Origin: Squalus acanthias
Taxonomy: Eukaryota
Direction of reading: 5' to 3'
Assembly: GCA_030390025.1 (NCBI GenBank)
Contig: CM059427.1
Location: forward strand, 33,418,001 to 33,482,000
DNA length: 64,000 bases
The notes under the pieces are model-generated. The model did not search any database, was not told where the DNA came from, and saw only the letters and a list, made by a program, of their open reading frames with translations. The position numbers were made by a program, and so were the translations under genes. This document shows positions 63,412 to 64,000 of this stretch, piece by piece; the first letter of the stretch is position 1, and the number at the start of each line of letters is the position of its first letter.

Positions 63412-64000
63412 TATGTGTCTGTCTTCATGGAAGAAGGTGCAAAAAATGTCCCAGAAATAGTGGAGCACCAAGGGTCTAGCGAGAATGAGGAACTGAAAGA
63501 AATTAGTATTAGTAAAAAAATAGTACTGGAGAAATTAATGGGACTGAAAGCCAATAAATCCCCTGGACCTGATGGCCTACATCCTAGGGTTTTACAAGAG
63601 GTGGCTATAGAGATAGTGGATGTCATCTTCCAAAATTCCATAGATTATAGAACGGTTCCCATGGATTGGAAGGTAGCAAATGTAACCCCACTATTTAAGA
63701 AAGGAGGGAGAGAGAAAACGGGGAACTACAGACCAGTTAGCCTGACATCAGTAGTAGGGAAAATGCTAGAATCTATTATTAAGGAAGTGGTAACAGGGCA
63801 CTTAGAAAATAATAATAGGATTGGGGAGAGTCAACATGGATTTATGAAAGGGAAATCATGTTTGACAAATCTGTTAGAGTTTTTTGCGGTTGTAACTAGT
63901 AGAATAGATAAGGGGAAACCAGTGGATGTGGTGTATTTGGATTTTCAGAAGACATTCAATAAGGTGCCACACAAGAGGTTTTTAAACAAAATTAGGGCTC

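Larger units (their letters stand above)
61130..64000 (+). mobile_element. CR1 ORF2 fragment running off the window, split by a Harbinger
   Basis: QPWLTREIKDSI (61305-61505) and, after 63411, KSPGPDGLHPRVL...NYRPVSLTS...YLDFQK; colinear with ~3840-4940. Confidence 0.9.

Overview
This is eukaryotic vertebrate DNA, most likely a cartilaginous fish (shark or ray); that assignment is inferred from the repeat families only. I could not support any host protein-coding exon, tRNA, rRNA or CRISPR array, so the window reads as intergenic or deep intronic. Most of it is nested transposable elements: (i) many CR1 LINE copies, one retaining ORF1 (Cys/His finger plus SGNH esterase) and ORF2 (APE plus RT); (ii) a second poly(A)-tailed APE-RT LINE family ('LINE-B') and a tRNA-headed SINE built from its two ends; (iii) Deu-domain (SacSINE1/AmnSINE1-like) SINEs and L2 tails; (iv) a young Penelope-like element with an uninterrupted 543-codon RT/GIY-YIG frame and minimal hammerhead ribozymes, plus a separate 178-bp palindromic PLE-end insertion with a 13-bp TSD; (v) many PIF/Harbinger elements, including transposase remnants, spliced Myb/SANT genes and MITEs; (vi) a DIRS tyrosine-recombinase remnant. 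Repeat-poor islands hold candidate enhancer motifs, such as an overlapping PBX-HOX/PBX-MEIS site at 48652-48668. I see no clearly new multi-gene system. The best leads are the ribozyme palindrome, the Myb-only Harbinger, the bipartite LINE-derived SINE and a 33-bp templated insertion. Element boundaries were set by eye and are approximate unless a TSD or TIR is quoted.
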